Shown here: positions 26,583 through 36,900 of the stretch, piece by piece
Position numbering within the stretch: position 1 is the stretch's first letter
Layout of the letters: each line of letters opens with the position of its first letter
Virus record (IMG/VR): IMGVR_UViG_3300027892_002613
Location: 9,288 to 73,287 of that record
DNA from: a virus
Taxonomy: Duplodnaviria > Caudoviricetes
Direction: 5' to 3' (one strand)
Length of the DNA stretch: 64,000 nucleotides
Position numbers and translations under genes: made by a program
The notes under the pieces: generated by a model
Seen by the model: the letters and a program-made list of their open reading frames with translations, nothing else
The model's database searches: none
Told to the model about the DNA's origin: nothing

Positions 26583-28631
26583 ATGGGAAAATCAATATTA
26601 GAACTTTTTGAAAGTAAAGCGGTATCAAAACAAATACCTCAAGATAAACCTACGAGTGGAACACCTCAGGAAGGTCAATTTCTTATTGATAGAAATAATA
26701 AGGTAGGTGCATTTTTTACCAGAATATTAGGAACGGGAGACCCATTAAAAGAAACTGCATTTGAGCAGGAAACAAATGGTAACAGAGTTAGAACATTTGT
26801 AAACCAAACTGCACTTTACGGAACTGATTTAATTAGAATAACTAACCAATCAACTGATGTGGTTGATGGTATGAAAGCGGCTAAAACAAGTGAAGCTAAT
26901 GCAAATTTGGTTGCTATATTAGATAACGCAAATAAGATAGAGGGTAATAAAGGATTCGTTGGAAAGGTAAATCGTTTCTTAGGGATACCACGAATAATAT
27001 ACCCATCATCATTAAGAGCAAATCCAAAATTCTTAGAAGCGGCACCTAGAAAACCAGAAACATTAGCTGAAATTAGAAAAGATGCAGCTGGTACTTTATT
27101 TGGTAGATACTTAAAAGATACCGGAACAGGAACTCCTCAACAGGCATCTAAAAGAGTAATAGGTGGTGGATTGAGTTTAGCTAAAGGAGTTGTTAGAAAT
27201 GCATTAATTGGAAAAGAAAAAATTGTAGTAATAACATCGGGAAGCTTAGATAACTTTAACCAAAAGTATTATTTTGGAAATACATATCAGGCATCAATGA
27301 CAACTCAAACTTTACCTGACTCAAAAAATACATTTGATATATCACTTAATTCACCTATTTTTGGATTTAATAACAAAGATGGTAAGTTTGGTAAAACTAG
27401 ATATTCAAATCAAAGTAGTTATGGGTTTGAATTATCCGATACAACTGCTAATCGAAAAAAAGGTGAACCAACTCAACTCCAACTGTCATTATTTTATAAT
27501 ACTTGGAAAAAGGATGATGTAATAAACATGGCGGGTCCATATGATGGTGGGAGAGGTGGTGAAGTAAAGGATGGCCAACTTGTTGTGCTTGTAGGCTTCG
27601 ATGGGAAGGTTGGGGGTGGATTACTTAATTCAAAAGAAGGAATTCTAAATTTCTTAAAACCAAAAAGTTTACAAAGAGAGAATTGGCAGAAAGATAGATA
27701 CACATTAGATAAGAATACCAAAACTATTACATCAGGTGGAAAAAGATATGATGAAACATTAGATAAAAGAAGAGGAATATCAACCGATAGAGATGTTCTA
27801 AATCAAACAGGTAGATTAACTGCGGGAGAATTAAATAGTGTTAAGTTCAATGATAAAACATTAGTAAATACAGATTTCGCTCCACTTAGATTTAAAAGTG
27901 TATCAGATGGCTCTGCTGTTTATTTTAGAAGTATAGTAAGTGGATTCAACGAAACGTTCTCTCCATCATGGGAAGAAAGTAGAATGATTGGTTCGCCATT
28001 TAGTTTTTATACATACCAAAAGATAGAAAGAAAATTAACTTTCAATATGAAGGTTTATGCAATGTCTCAATCTGAATTGGTAATGATGTGGAGAAGATTA
28101 GAATATTTAGCACACTTAACATATCCGGCATCATATTCAGGAGGTGGAATTGTTCAACCTAATTTAGTTAAGTTTACATTTGGTAGTATCTATACTGATA
28201 AAGTTTGTTTTATAGATGCGTTAACATATTCGATTGAAGATAGTGAAAACCTTTGGGAAACAGGTGGAGGAAAAGTTAAAAACAAAAGAGGTAGGTACTT
28301 ATTCGATGGTACTTTTTATAAAGATGCTACAAACTCAGGACCTACTTTAACTACTACAACTGCTGAGGTATATGAGACTTCTAGAGATAGAATAATGCAA
28401 TCGGATGCACTATCTACTAATTCAAAGTATGTAAACGAAATATATAGTAAAAAAGATAAAAAGAGTAATATTCATACTGAAACTGATAGAGATACAGTTT
28501 CAACCGGTAATTATAATATGGATGAATATAAATTACCTAAGATAATAAATGCGGCAGTTGGCTTAACATTTATTGAGAGTAGAAATGATACTACTGCTAA
28601 TATTTACGGATACGGTAAACCTATAACATAA
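26583..28631 (+). CDS. Baseplate/tail-tube initiator-like protein
   Basis: C-terminal FRSIVSGFNETFSPSWEE..MIG....YTY....RKLTFNMKVYA motif of tube-initiator-type proteins; gene position. Confidence 0.55.
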   Translation: MGKSILELFESKAVSKQIPQDKPTSGTPQEGQFLIDRNNKVGAFFTRILGTGDPLKETAFEQETNGNRVRTFVNQTALYGTDLIRITNQSTDVVDGMKAAKTSEANANLVAILDNANKIEGNKGFVGKVNRFLGIPRIIYPSSLRANPKFLEAAPRKPETLAEIRKDAAGTLFGRYLKDTGTGTPQQASKRVIGGGLSLAKGVVRNALIGKEKIVVITSGSLDNFNQKYYFGNTYQASMTTQTLPDSKNTFDISLNSPIFGFNNKDGKFGKTRYSNQSSYGFELSDTTANRKKGEPTQLQLSLFYNTWKKDDVINMAGPYDGGRGGEVKDGQLVVLVGFDGKVGGGLLNSKEGILNFLKPKSLQRENWQKDRYTLDKNTKTITSGGKRYDETLDKRRGISTDRDVLNQTGRLTAGELNSVKFNDKTLVNTDFAPLRFKSVSDGSAVYFRSIVSGFNETFSPSWEESRMIGSPFSFYTYQKIERKLTFNMKVYAMSQSELVMMWRRLEYLAHLTYPASYSGGGIVQPNLVKFTFGSIYTDKVCFIDALTYSIEDSENLWETGGGKVKNKRGRYLFDGTFYKDATNSGPTLTTTTAEVYETSRDRIMQSDALSTNSKYVNEIYSKKDKKSNIHTETDRDTVSTGNYNMDEYKLPKIINAAVGLTFIESRNDTTANIYGYGKPIT

Positions 28632-28632
28632 T

Positions 28633-28911
28633 ATGAGATACAATAGTGTAAAGACAAAAAGATTGGCTACCGGTAAAAAAGTATTAACAACGGTGATACC
28701 TCGTACTATTGAAAAAAGAGATGATGATATTTACATTATTACTCAGGAAACAGATAGATTGGATTTACTTGCACAACAATTTTATGGTGAGAGTAAACTA
28801 TGGTGGATTATTGCACAGGCGAATAATATAAATGGAGCTAATATAGGTTTAGATGGTGGTATTCAATTGAGAATTCCAAAGAATAAATTTTTGATAATAA
28901 ATAATTTATAG
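28633..28911 (+). CDS. LysM-like baseplate wedge protein (gp53/gpX-like)
   Basis: DRLDLLAQQFYGESKLWWIIAQANNI...GIQLRIP. Confidence 0.8.
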   Translation: MRYNSVKTKRLATGKKVLTTVIPRTIEKRDDDIYIITQETDRLDLLAQQFYGESKLWWIIAQANNINGANIGLDGGIQLRIPKNKFLIINNL

Positions 28912-28915
28912 AATT

Positions 28916-30985
28916 ATGGCATTAGGTTTCCCTTGGTATAAAAGTATTGACCCTTATATAATAACAGAATTAAATGCTAGAAAGAATCCGGTAACGGTAT
29001 CAGGTATGGTGCCTTGGATTTATGTTACATCTAATTTAGGTGGGCAGAAAACTATATCATCCGGAACATACGCGGATATAATAGGGGATGCCTATAAATT
29101 AGATAAAGAATATGGATTTAGACCTTCACCAATTATAACAGATTTTTCTGTAGATTTTTCACAAAGAGGAACTCTTAGGGCAGGTACGATAAAAATAAAA
29201 TGTTTTACTGTAGAACAATATACCGATATACTTAAATATTTTTTAGAGCCAGGAATTAGTGTATTCATTCAATGGGGTTGGAATAAAACTGCAGCAAGTG
29301 GCAAAGCAGTTGGCCCTTTAGCAGCTAATTCAGGAAATGTAAATTCATACAATAGAAATCCTGATACATTAAATGCAATTAGACAAGCAAACGGTGGATG
29401 TTATGATAATATGGTTGGTATTATAACTGGTGGAGATAGTTCAATTGACGGAGAAAATTTTGAAGTTCAATGTAAGGTAACTACGATAGGTGAAATTTTA
29501 TTTAATTATAATCAAGCGGCAGTAACCGTAGATGGGGAAAAGCCTGAGCCGATAGCATATGAGATAGTTCCAAATTCACTAGGACTTCAAAATAATTGGT
29601 ACTATTGTTTTAATCAATTGCCGGATGAAGTTAGAACTACAAAAGTTCAGGCATTGAAATCTGACTTTGCTAAATATGAATTTAATGAGTTTGTTAACTT
29701 TATGGAAGATATTTTAGAAGAAGCTAAAACTGAAACTGCAAAAAGTGGTTGGTTCACCGGTGATATAACATATAAAGGAGCATCATTTCAAGCGTTAGAT
29801 GCAGAAAGTCCGGTTACTCCAAAAAAATATATTAGTTTTAATGCATTTATTAAAATACTAAACGAATCTAGAGTAAAAATATCAGGTGGAGCAGCTGAAT
29901 TTAATGTTAACATAGACAACACTTATATAAGTTGTTTTCCTGGAATATTTTCTACCGATGATAGAATTTTTATACCAAATAAAGCAACATATAATTATTT
30001 AGGTGAGAATGAATATTTCAAAAAAGCGGGAGGAACTGCTGGGGGTACAATGGATACCTCTCTTGGTAAGATTAGTTTTCCAGGAGTAGAAGGTGCTCTT
30101 ACAGATGCTACTGTAACAAAAGGAAATGAAACGATAACATTAGCGGCGAATACATTTGGTGATATACGATGGGTTTTTTTGGATTCTGAAATTGTAGCAG
30201 AGGCATTGAGAAATCAAACTAAACCCATCAAAGAAGTATTAGATGGAGTATTATCTGTAATGGCGGAAGCAGTGGAGGGATTATGGTCATTTCAGATGTT
30301 AGAAAATAGTGGTCAATTAAAAATAGTAGATTCTAATTTAAGAAATAGTGATAAGGAAAGTGTTCATACGTTTTCATTATCAGGAACGGATAGTGTATTT
30401 CTTACTGCAAAATTTGGAATGGATATATCAAAGGCAACTCAATCAAAAATATATTTAGAAAAATCAACAGGATTGAAAAACCCAAATGAATTAACAGGAT
30501 TATTCTCAAACCAAACTGATAGTATATTGGCAAAACAAACAGTGGATTCATCATCACCCGCAAAAGGTGATGATACCGCATTAACAGATGCAAAGACACA
30601 AGGATGGATTGATTTTAGAAGAAACAATAGATTAGCAGTTCATCCTAAAGCAACTCTCAAAGGTGAATCGGAAATAGGAGATGGTAATTTAGATGAATGG
30701 GCAGTACCGGTCGTGTGTTTGAATAAAAAAATGTTTACAGACCAACTTAAAACATACCTTACTGGGTTTGGAGTGGCATATACAGGTAGAACATTACCAG
30801 TGGAATTTAGTTTTACTGTTTTGGGTATAAGTGGATTTAAAGTTGGTCATATGTATAGAGTAATAGGTTTACCTGATTATTATAATAATAAAGGGGCATT
30901 TCAAGTAGAAGAGATAAAGCATGCCGTTGATTCGGCAAAATGGACAACAGAAGTAATCGGGCACTATAGACCTTTCAGTAAATAA
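28916..30985 (+). CDS. Baseplate hub protein (gp27/gpD-like)
   Basis: YFLEPGISVFIQWGW, and C-terminal PVEFSFTVLGISGFKVG...GAFQVEEIKHAV...WTTEV; follows the LysM gene. Confidence 0.6.
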   Translation: MALGFPWYKSIDPYIITELNARKNPVTVSGMVPWIYVTSNLGGQKTISSGTYADIIGDAYKLDKEYGFRPSPIITDFSVDFSQRGTLRAGTIKIKCFTVEQYTDILKYFLEPGISVFIQWGWNKTAASGKAVGPLAANSGNVNSYNRNPDTLNAIRQANGGCYDNMVGIITGGDSSIDGENFEVQCKVTTIGEILFNYNQAAVTVDGEKPEPIAYEIVPNSLGLQNNWYYCFNQLPDEVRTTKVQALKSDFAKYEFNEFVNFMEDILEEAKTETAKSGWFTGDITYKGASFQALDAESPVTPKKYISFNAFIKILNESRVKISGGAAEFNVNIDNTYISCFPGIFSTDDRIFIPNKATYNYLGENEYFKKAGGTAGGTMDTSLGKISFPGVEGALTDATVTKGNETITLAANTFGDIRWVFLDSEIVAEALRNQTKPIKEVLDGVLSVMAEAVEGLWSFQMLENSGQLKIVDSNLRNSDKESVHTFSLSGTDSVFLTAKFGMDISKATQSKIYLEKSTGLKNPNELTGLFSNQTDSILAKQTVDSSSPAKGDDTALTDAKTQGWIDFRRNNRLAVHPKATLKGESEIGDGNLDEWAVPVVCLNKKMFTDQLKTYLTGFGVAYTGRTLPVEFSFTVLGISGFKVGHMYRVIGLPDYYNNKGAFQVEEIKHAVDSAKWTTEVIGHYRPFSK

Positions 30986-30986
30986 T

Positions 30987-31373
30987 ATGGGAGCAGTAGA
31001 ACAATATAAGAAATTAAAAAATTATATTAAGATAAAAAATAGTATGCCTAAAGCTCATTATCCATCACCAACGGATGAGGATTATATTAAAGGTATTATT
31101 GTTCGTTATTTTGTGCAAAGAAGAGATACTCCCGGCTCTGTAATAATTGAAATAAATTCTCAAAGATTCAATGAATATAGTGGCGGTGTATATTATAAAA
31201 CCACAACACTTAAATGGAGAATCACCGGAAATTTAGAAGATACTTATACTAATCAAGGTGCATTAATTCCATCGGTAATACGTTCAAATCAAATGGCTAT
31301 TAAAGAGGCAGAAAAGGAATTACCGGAGTTAAATCTATATTTGGTTAATCCGAAACAATTTTATAGAGCTTGA
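30987..31373 (+). CDS. Hypothetical protein (baseplate-associated)
   Basis: PTDEDYIKGIIVRYFV...LKWRITG pattern; last gene of the structural block. Confidence 0.5.
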   Translation: MGAVEQYKKLKNYIKIKNSMPKAHYPSPTDEDYIKGIIVRYFVQRRDTPGSVIIEINSQRFNEYSGGVYYKTTTLKWRITGNLEDTYTNQGALIPSVIRSNQMAIKEAEKELPELNLYLVNPKQFYRA

Positions 31374-31390
31374 TATAAATCATAAATTTA

Positions 31391-31422
31391 TTTGGAAAAT
31401 TAAATAATTCATCGTATATTTA
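31391..31422 (+). promoter_or_regulatory. Bacteroidota-type promoter (-33 TTTG / -7 TATATTTA) for the PhyH gene
   Basis: TTTG at 31391-94, 20 nt spacer, TATATTTA at 31415-22. Confidence 0.6.
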
Positions 31423-31445
31423 TAGTTATAATAAACAACAAAGTT

Positions 31446-32222
31446 ATGTTCAAACATCTTACAGATTTAGAAGTCCAACAAATTACGTTTGATTGGCGAT
31501 ACAGAGGATTTACAACCTTAGAATTACTTACCGAAGAAGAGTGTGATGAAATAAATGATGAGTTAGAAAGACTTCGTCAAGAAAGAAAAGGAACACTTAC
31601 TCCAGATGGTAAAGAGTGGGGAGAGTGGGACCCGTTTTCATACCCACACAAAATTTCAGAAAAAATAGAGAAACTATTTGTTCACCCGAAGATTATTGAA
31701 GCATGCTCATATCTTATGGGAGGTGAAATCGTTGGTATGCAGACTTGGTCGTATTTTAAACCACCTGGACAATTAGGTAGAGATATGCACCAAAATGCAT
31801 TCTACACAGGATGTGGACACAATGAAATCATCAATACTGCATTGGCTTTAGATAACCACGATGCGGGTAATGGAGCAGTATGGAACTACGAAGGTTCACA
31901 CCGTTTACCAACTTTACCGATTGAAGTGGATGAGGAAAGAGCTAAAACTAATCCTAACTTTTGGAGAAACGAAAGAGGTAAACCTTGTATTATGCCAGAA
32001 GGACATGATTTCCGTAAGGTAGAAGGAGTTCTTAAAAAGGGACAGGTAGTTTTACTTCACTCACATTGTGTGCATGGTTCAGAAGCAAACGATTCAAACC
32101 GATTCCGTAGAAACTTATTAGGAGGATATCTTAAAAGAGGAGCTTACTTCAATCAGGGTTCACATATGAAGAGAGAACCAATTGAGTTGCAACCTTTACA
32201 AGAAAAATATTGGAATTCTTAA
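31446..32222 (+). CDS. Phytanoyl-CoA dioxygenase family (Fe(II)/2-oxoglutarate) protein
   Basis: YFKPPG...HQN, ALD....NGAVW...GSH, KKGQVVLLHSHCVHGSEANDSNRFRR. Confidence 0.85.
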   Translation: MFKHLTDLEVQQITFDWRYRGFTTLELLTEEECDEINDELERLRQERKGTLTPDGKEWGEWDPFSYPHKISEKIEKLFVHPKIIEACSYLMGGEIVGMQTWSYFKPPGQLGRDMHQNAFYTGCGHNEIINTALALDNHDAGNGAVWNYEGSHRLPTLPIEVDEERAKTNPNFWRNERGKPCIMPEGHDFRKVEGVLKKGQVVLLHSHCVHGSEANDSNRFRRNLLGGYLKRGAYFNQGSHMKREPIELQPLQEKYWNS

Positions 32223-32240
32223 AAATTTTTCGTATATTTG
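32210..32240 (+). promoter_or_regulatory. Bacteroidota-type promoter for the PolA-like gene
   Basis: TTG at 32210-12, 20 nt spacer, TATATTTG at 32233-40. Confidence 0.65.
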
Positions 32241-33485
32241 TTTTCTATGGTTTACTATGTAGAAAATAAAGATATTGAGACAAGATTTATGGATGAATAC
32301 ACATCCAAAGATTCCGTTATATTCCCTCTATTCAAAAATAGAACAGAACACCCTATAGCCAATAAGCTGTTGGGTGTTTTTGTGTTTATAGGAGAACATT
32401 GTTGGGTTATAATGGAAGAGCACAATGATTGTGTTTCCCTTAGCCTATCCATATTGGAGAGAAGTGATAGAGTTAAGTACATCTTCGATACAAAATGGTT
32501 CTTACACCAAACCAAAATAACAAATTGGAAAAGTGTTGATGTTTCATACCACTTAATGGAGTTTAAATCCTATGCATATGATATGATATACCAATCTTTT
32601 ACCAATGGATATAGGGACAAATCTGATATTTCATTCATTCCAATTGCAACTATTCTAAAAGGAGTTGTGAATTTCGTTGTGGAGAACGCTAAGTATGCTA
32701 GAATCGATTCAAATGGTTTTGATAGATACAATGATTACACAATTCCATCGTTCCTTAGAATCGAAGCAAATGGTATTCCTACCACATATGGGTATGAGTA
32801 TTCTCTTTACAATAATTTTACCACAACAGGGAGACCTTCGAATACATTTGGAGGAATAAATTATTCGGCTCTTAAGAAATCTGATGGTAGTAGAGATTTC
32901 ATTGTTAGTAAAAATGGAGAATTGGTTCAATATGATTTTGATGGATATCACATTCGATTAATTGCAAAATTAATAGGAGAGCCAATGCCGGAAGGTTCTG
33001 CACATGAATGGTTAGGGAGACAATATTTTGGGAAAGATGAGTTAACAGAAGAGGATTACCTTAATAGTAAGAAAATTACTTTCCAACAATTGTATGGTGG
33101 AATCGATGTTCATAATTTAGAGATACCATTCTTCCAAAAAACAAATGATTTCATAACTAAATTATATAAGAATTTTGTAGTAAATGGATTTATTGAGACT
33201 AGATTTGGGAAGCGGATACCATTTACTAAGATAGATAATCATAATGCTCAGAAAGTGTTTAACTATTATTTGCAGGCATTAGAGACTGAACAAAATGTTT
33301 TACTACTTCATCAATTGAATATTTTGTTGGAAAATACTAAGACAAAATTGGTTCTTTACACATATGATTCTTTTTTATTTGATGTTGATACTAACGAAAT
33401 TGAACTTTTATCCAAAATAGAGGAGGTTTTGCATAGAATATCCCCTACAAAGATGGAGAAAAATTATACTTACGGAAATATTTAA
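32238..33485 (+). CDS. Short, divergent family A DNA polymerase (likely start ATG at 32247)
   Basis: TTTGRPSN, motif A YDFDGYHIRLIA, motif B KKITFQQLYG, NYYLQALETE, motif C LYTYDSFLFD. Confidence 0.8.
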   Translation: MFSMVYYVENKDIETRFMDEYTSKDSVIFPLFKNRTEHPIANKLLGVFVFIGEHCWVIMEEHNDCVSLSLSILERSDRVKYIFDTKWFLHQTKITNWKSVDVSYHLMEFKSYAYDMIYQSFTNGYRDKSDISFIPIATILKGVVNFVVENAKYARIDSNGFDRYNDYTIPSFLRIEANGIPTTYGYEYSLYNNFTTTGRPSNTFGGINYSALKKSDGSRDFIVSKNGELVQYDFDGYHIRLIAKLIGEPMPEGSAHEWLGRQYFGKDELTEEDYLNSKKITFQQLYGGIDVHNLEIPFFQKTNDFITKLYKNFVVNGFIETRFGKRIPFTKIDNHNAQKVFNYYLQALETEQNVLLLHQLNILLENTKTKLVLYTYDSFLFDVDTNEIELLSKIEEVLHRISPTKMEKNYTYGNI

Positions 33486-33523
33486 TACTTATATAGGATA
33501 AAAAGTATAAAATAAATCGTTAG

Positions 33524-33919
33524 ATGAAAACACAGTTACTATGCACCTTTACAGATAAAGAAGTTTTGCAGGATATATTGCAACAAATTAGAGAAAATTA
33601 TAAAATAGTATATAACTACATCTACATTCTACAGAATAAGACCAATTTAGATGAATTATATATTACATATAATATCGATGTGGAGTTCAGGCCAAATAAG
33701 CAGTTATCCAACACTATATTGGTACATAGAAAGAAACAATCGAACACCCTATATACAATCAATGCATTGAACCAATTAATTAAAGAAGAAAACGGAGGAG
33801 TATTAGATACCTCATTCTCTTTAGATTGGGATAAATTTAGAAATTGTATTATATTAACGGGTTTACAAGGAATTAGAAAAGTTCCTACAAGAATTTTTGA
33901 AAAGATAGAATTTAATTAA
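33524..33919 (+). CDS. Hypothetical phage protein
   Basis: MKTQLLCTF...TILVHRKKQSNTLYTINALN; intact ORF with an upstream ATACTTATA motif. Confidence 0.6.
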   Translation: MKTQLLCTFTDKEVLQDILQQIRENYKIVYNYIYILQNKTNLDELYITYNIDVEFRPNKQLSNTILVHRKKQSNTLYTINALNQLIKEENGGVLDTSFSLDWDKFRNCIILTGLQGIRKVPTRIFEKIEFN

Positions 33920-33923
33920 TCTT

Positions 33924-36900
33924 ATGGCAGATATTAAGAATATCATAAATGAGCTTTTATTAGAATTATCTGTAACCTATCCATTCCCTAATATGAAGGA
34001 TAGAGAGCAGGTTTTTGCTCTATTAGAGATATGTGATGAATTGGGGTATAGTTATCTTAAACCTCAATTAGAAGAGATGTTTCTAAACGAAGCAGAAAAA
34101 GAGGGAGAATCTAAATTATTTCCAGGTAAGTTTCACTTAGGAGGTGGGTTTTATTCATCTAAAAATGGTGGAGAGGCTGAACTTAAAAATGAAAAAGGAA
34201 GTCTTAGACCCGTAACTCCGGAAGAGAAAGCCAAATTTGATGCAAAGAGTGGTAAGGGTGAAGAACCTAAGCCTAACGATGAGCCTAAAAAAGATGAACC
34301 TTCAGCAGAAAAACCGGCTGATAAACCAGAAGAAAAACCAGAAACTCCAACCGGAGATAAACCTTCAGCCGAACAACCTGAAAAACCTGCCCCACCTCAA
34401 GCAAATCCAGAAGTAGAGAAAGGTAAGAAAGATGCAAAGGAAGACCCACAAAAAGTATTGAGTGACCCAAATGCTACTGCTCAGAGTAAAGCTATGGCTA
34501 GAGCATTTAAGGCACAGAAAGATACAGATAGTGCGGATACCGAAGATAAACCTACTGAGGATGATATAAAAACTAAAAGCGAGACGGTATCAAAGGGATT
34601 AAAAAATAGAAAAAGTAAAGATGGTGAAGATTTAGATGTAGAAACTACTGAAAATGGTTCATTGATTATTGGAGTTGAGCACGGAAAAAGAAAAAAAAGT
34701 AATAAACAAACAATAGAACAAATAAAAACTTTACCTAAAGATACAAAAGTAATGTTTGTAGGTGAGGGTGGTATGAGTAAAGATGATAATGGTAATATTG
34801 AATTTGGTGGAGAACAAAATGAAATTAGAAATGCAGTAAAAGGACACTTTGATAATGCAGAAGAAAGTAGTTGGGATGAAAATGCAGACGTATTGGATGA
34901 TAAATCACCTGTGTTTGATGAAGTAGCAAAATCGGTAGGGGGTAGTAAATCCAAAGCAAAAGCAGCCATATGGTCAAATATGTATGGACAAGATGGTCCT
35001 GACGAAAATATGACACCTGAAGATTATTTAGATGATGAAGGAAAAGAGTGGTTAATCGACCAGGCTAAAAAAGGTGGAAGTTCGGAATTTGATGGCGAGG
35101 TTGATTGGAATAACCTAACCGATGCACAGCAAAAAGACCTTTATGAATTAAATTACAGAGATGATGATGGGTATGGTGAAACTGAAATAAGTAAAACTCA
35201 AGAAGCATACAACGGATTCCGTCAAAAAGAATTAGATAGAAAAATAAAAGAGGCAGAAGATGCTGGATACACAGTAATTGCACCGGTTGGAAACTCTCAC
35301 GTTGATATGTGGAGAAAGAGAAATAAGAAAAATGAATTCAAACCTGTAGAAGCAGATGAAGTATCAAACGAAATGCCTGATGCAGATAAAGAGATATTCA
35401 ATTCAAATGCGGAAGCACTTAGTGGATTACAACCTGCTCAATTGGAACAATTCAATACTGATATAGACAAAGTTGCTAAGATGATTTCTGACGCGGAAGC
35501 TAAAGGAGAACCTGCACCTGATATCAATTTATGTGATATTACTATTCCTGGAACTAACTTATATTGTGATGATAATAAGGGAATACCTAGAGAAGAAATG
35601 CCTCAATTCAAAGGAAAGGCGGTAGAAGGTAGTAAAGCAGCAGGTATGGAAACTGATAAGGATGGTGAAGTAGATACAGAGCCGGTATTCAGAGAAATGT
35701 TGAAACAAAAGAACGTTAAAGTATTACAAACTAAAGTTCCCGCAGATAAATTAAAAGCAACTCAAAAAGATTTAGTAGGCGGTAAAGTAATTGGTATGAT
35801 GGGAGCATTGGAAAAAGACCCTACCAATCCAAAGATTACTGCACCAATATATGTGAGTAGAGATGGATATGTAATCGATGGACACCACAGATGGGCTGCA
35901 ATTGTAGCTTACAATGCTAAACACCCAGATTCACCGATTGAAATGAAATCAACGGTAATCGATATGGATATTAAAGATGCGATTCCGATGGCGAATAAGT
36001 TTGCTGAAGATATGGGAATTGCAGCTAAAAAAGCGGATGTTAAAGATGGAGAAGTACCTGCACCAAAAGAACCAAATAAAAAAGAAGGTGGAGTAATACA
36101 TCCAGTAGGTGGAAATTATTATTCAGATACTCCTGATGGCCCTGCACAATATGTAAAAACAGAAAGTGTAGTTAGAGAAATATTTGAAAATGAAAATGAA
36201 AAGTTTTTAAGTTTATTATTTGAAAAGAGTGTAACAAAAAAATTACCAAATGGTGATACAGTTAAAGTAACACCAATTGATGTAAAAGACCAACCGGAGG
36301 CGACTGCAAAAGCCGATGAATTAGATTCTAATGTAAATGCAGATGTAGCAACTGCAAGAACTAATTTGAAAATAAGCGATGATGTTATAAAAAAGCGTAT
36401 AGCAGAGGCTAATAAACATATCGATAATTCTGAAGCGGATGATTCAACTAAAAAAATATTAAAAGATGCTATTGCCAAAATCCTTAAAGGAGAAGATGTA
36501 GACCCTAATGATTTAGAGATTGCAAGTAAGTGGTTAGCGGTTAGAGTTGGAGGAGGAAATGATATTGGTCTTTATATAGCTAAAACAGAAGGAGATTTTA
36601 ATTCTAATTCAAGAGAAAAAATCCAAATGAATATAGACCCTCAAAAGGTTGAGGATTATGATACTAAAGCAGAGGAGTGGAATGATAGTATGGTAAATAA
36701 ATATGGATTACCTATTAGAACCCAAACTGGTGCGTATGTAAATAAAAAAGATTGGACTGCGAATAAAATGAATAAAAAACGCAGAAAAGTAAAGTTTGAA
36801 GTTTCCGAAAATGGAAATAGCGTAACAGTAGATGGGGTTACTTATACTAAAAGACCAGTGCCGGATAAGGAAACTTTAGTAGAACAAACAAATTTAGTTG

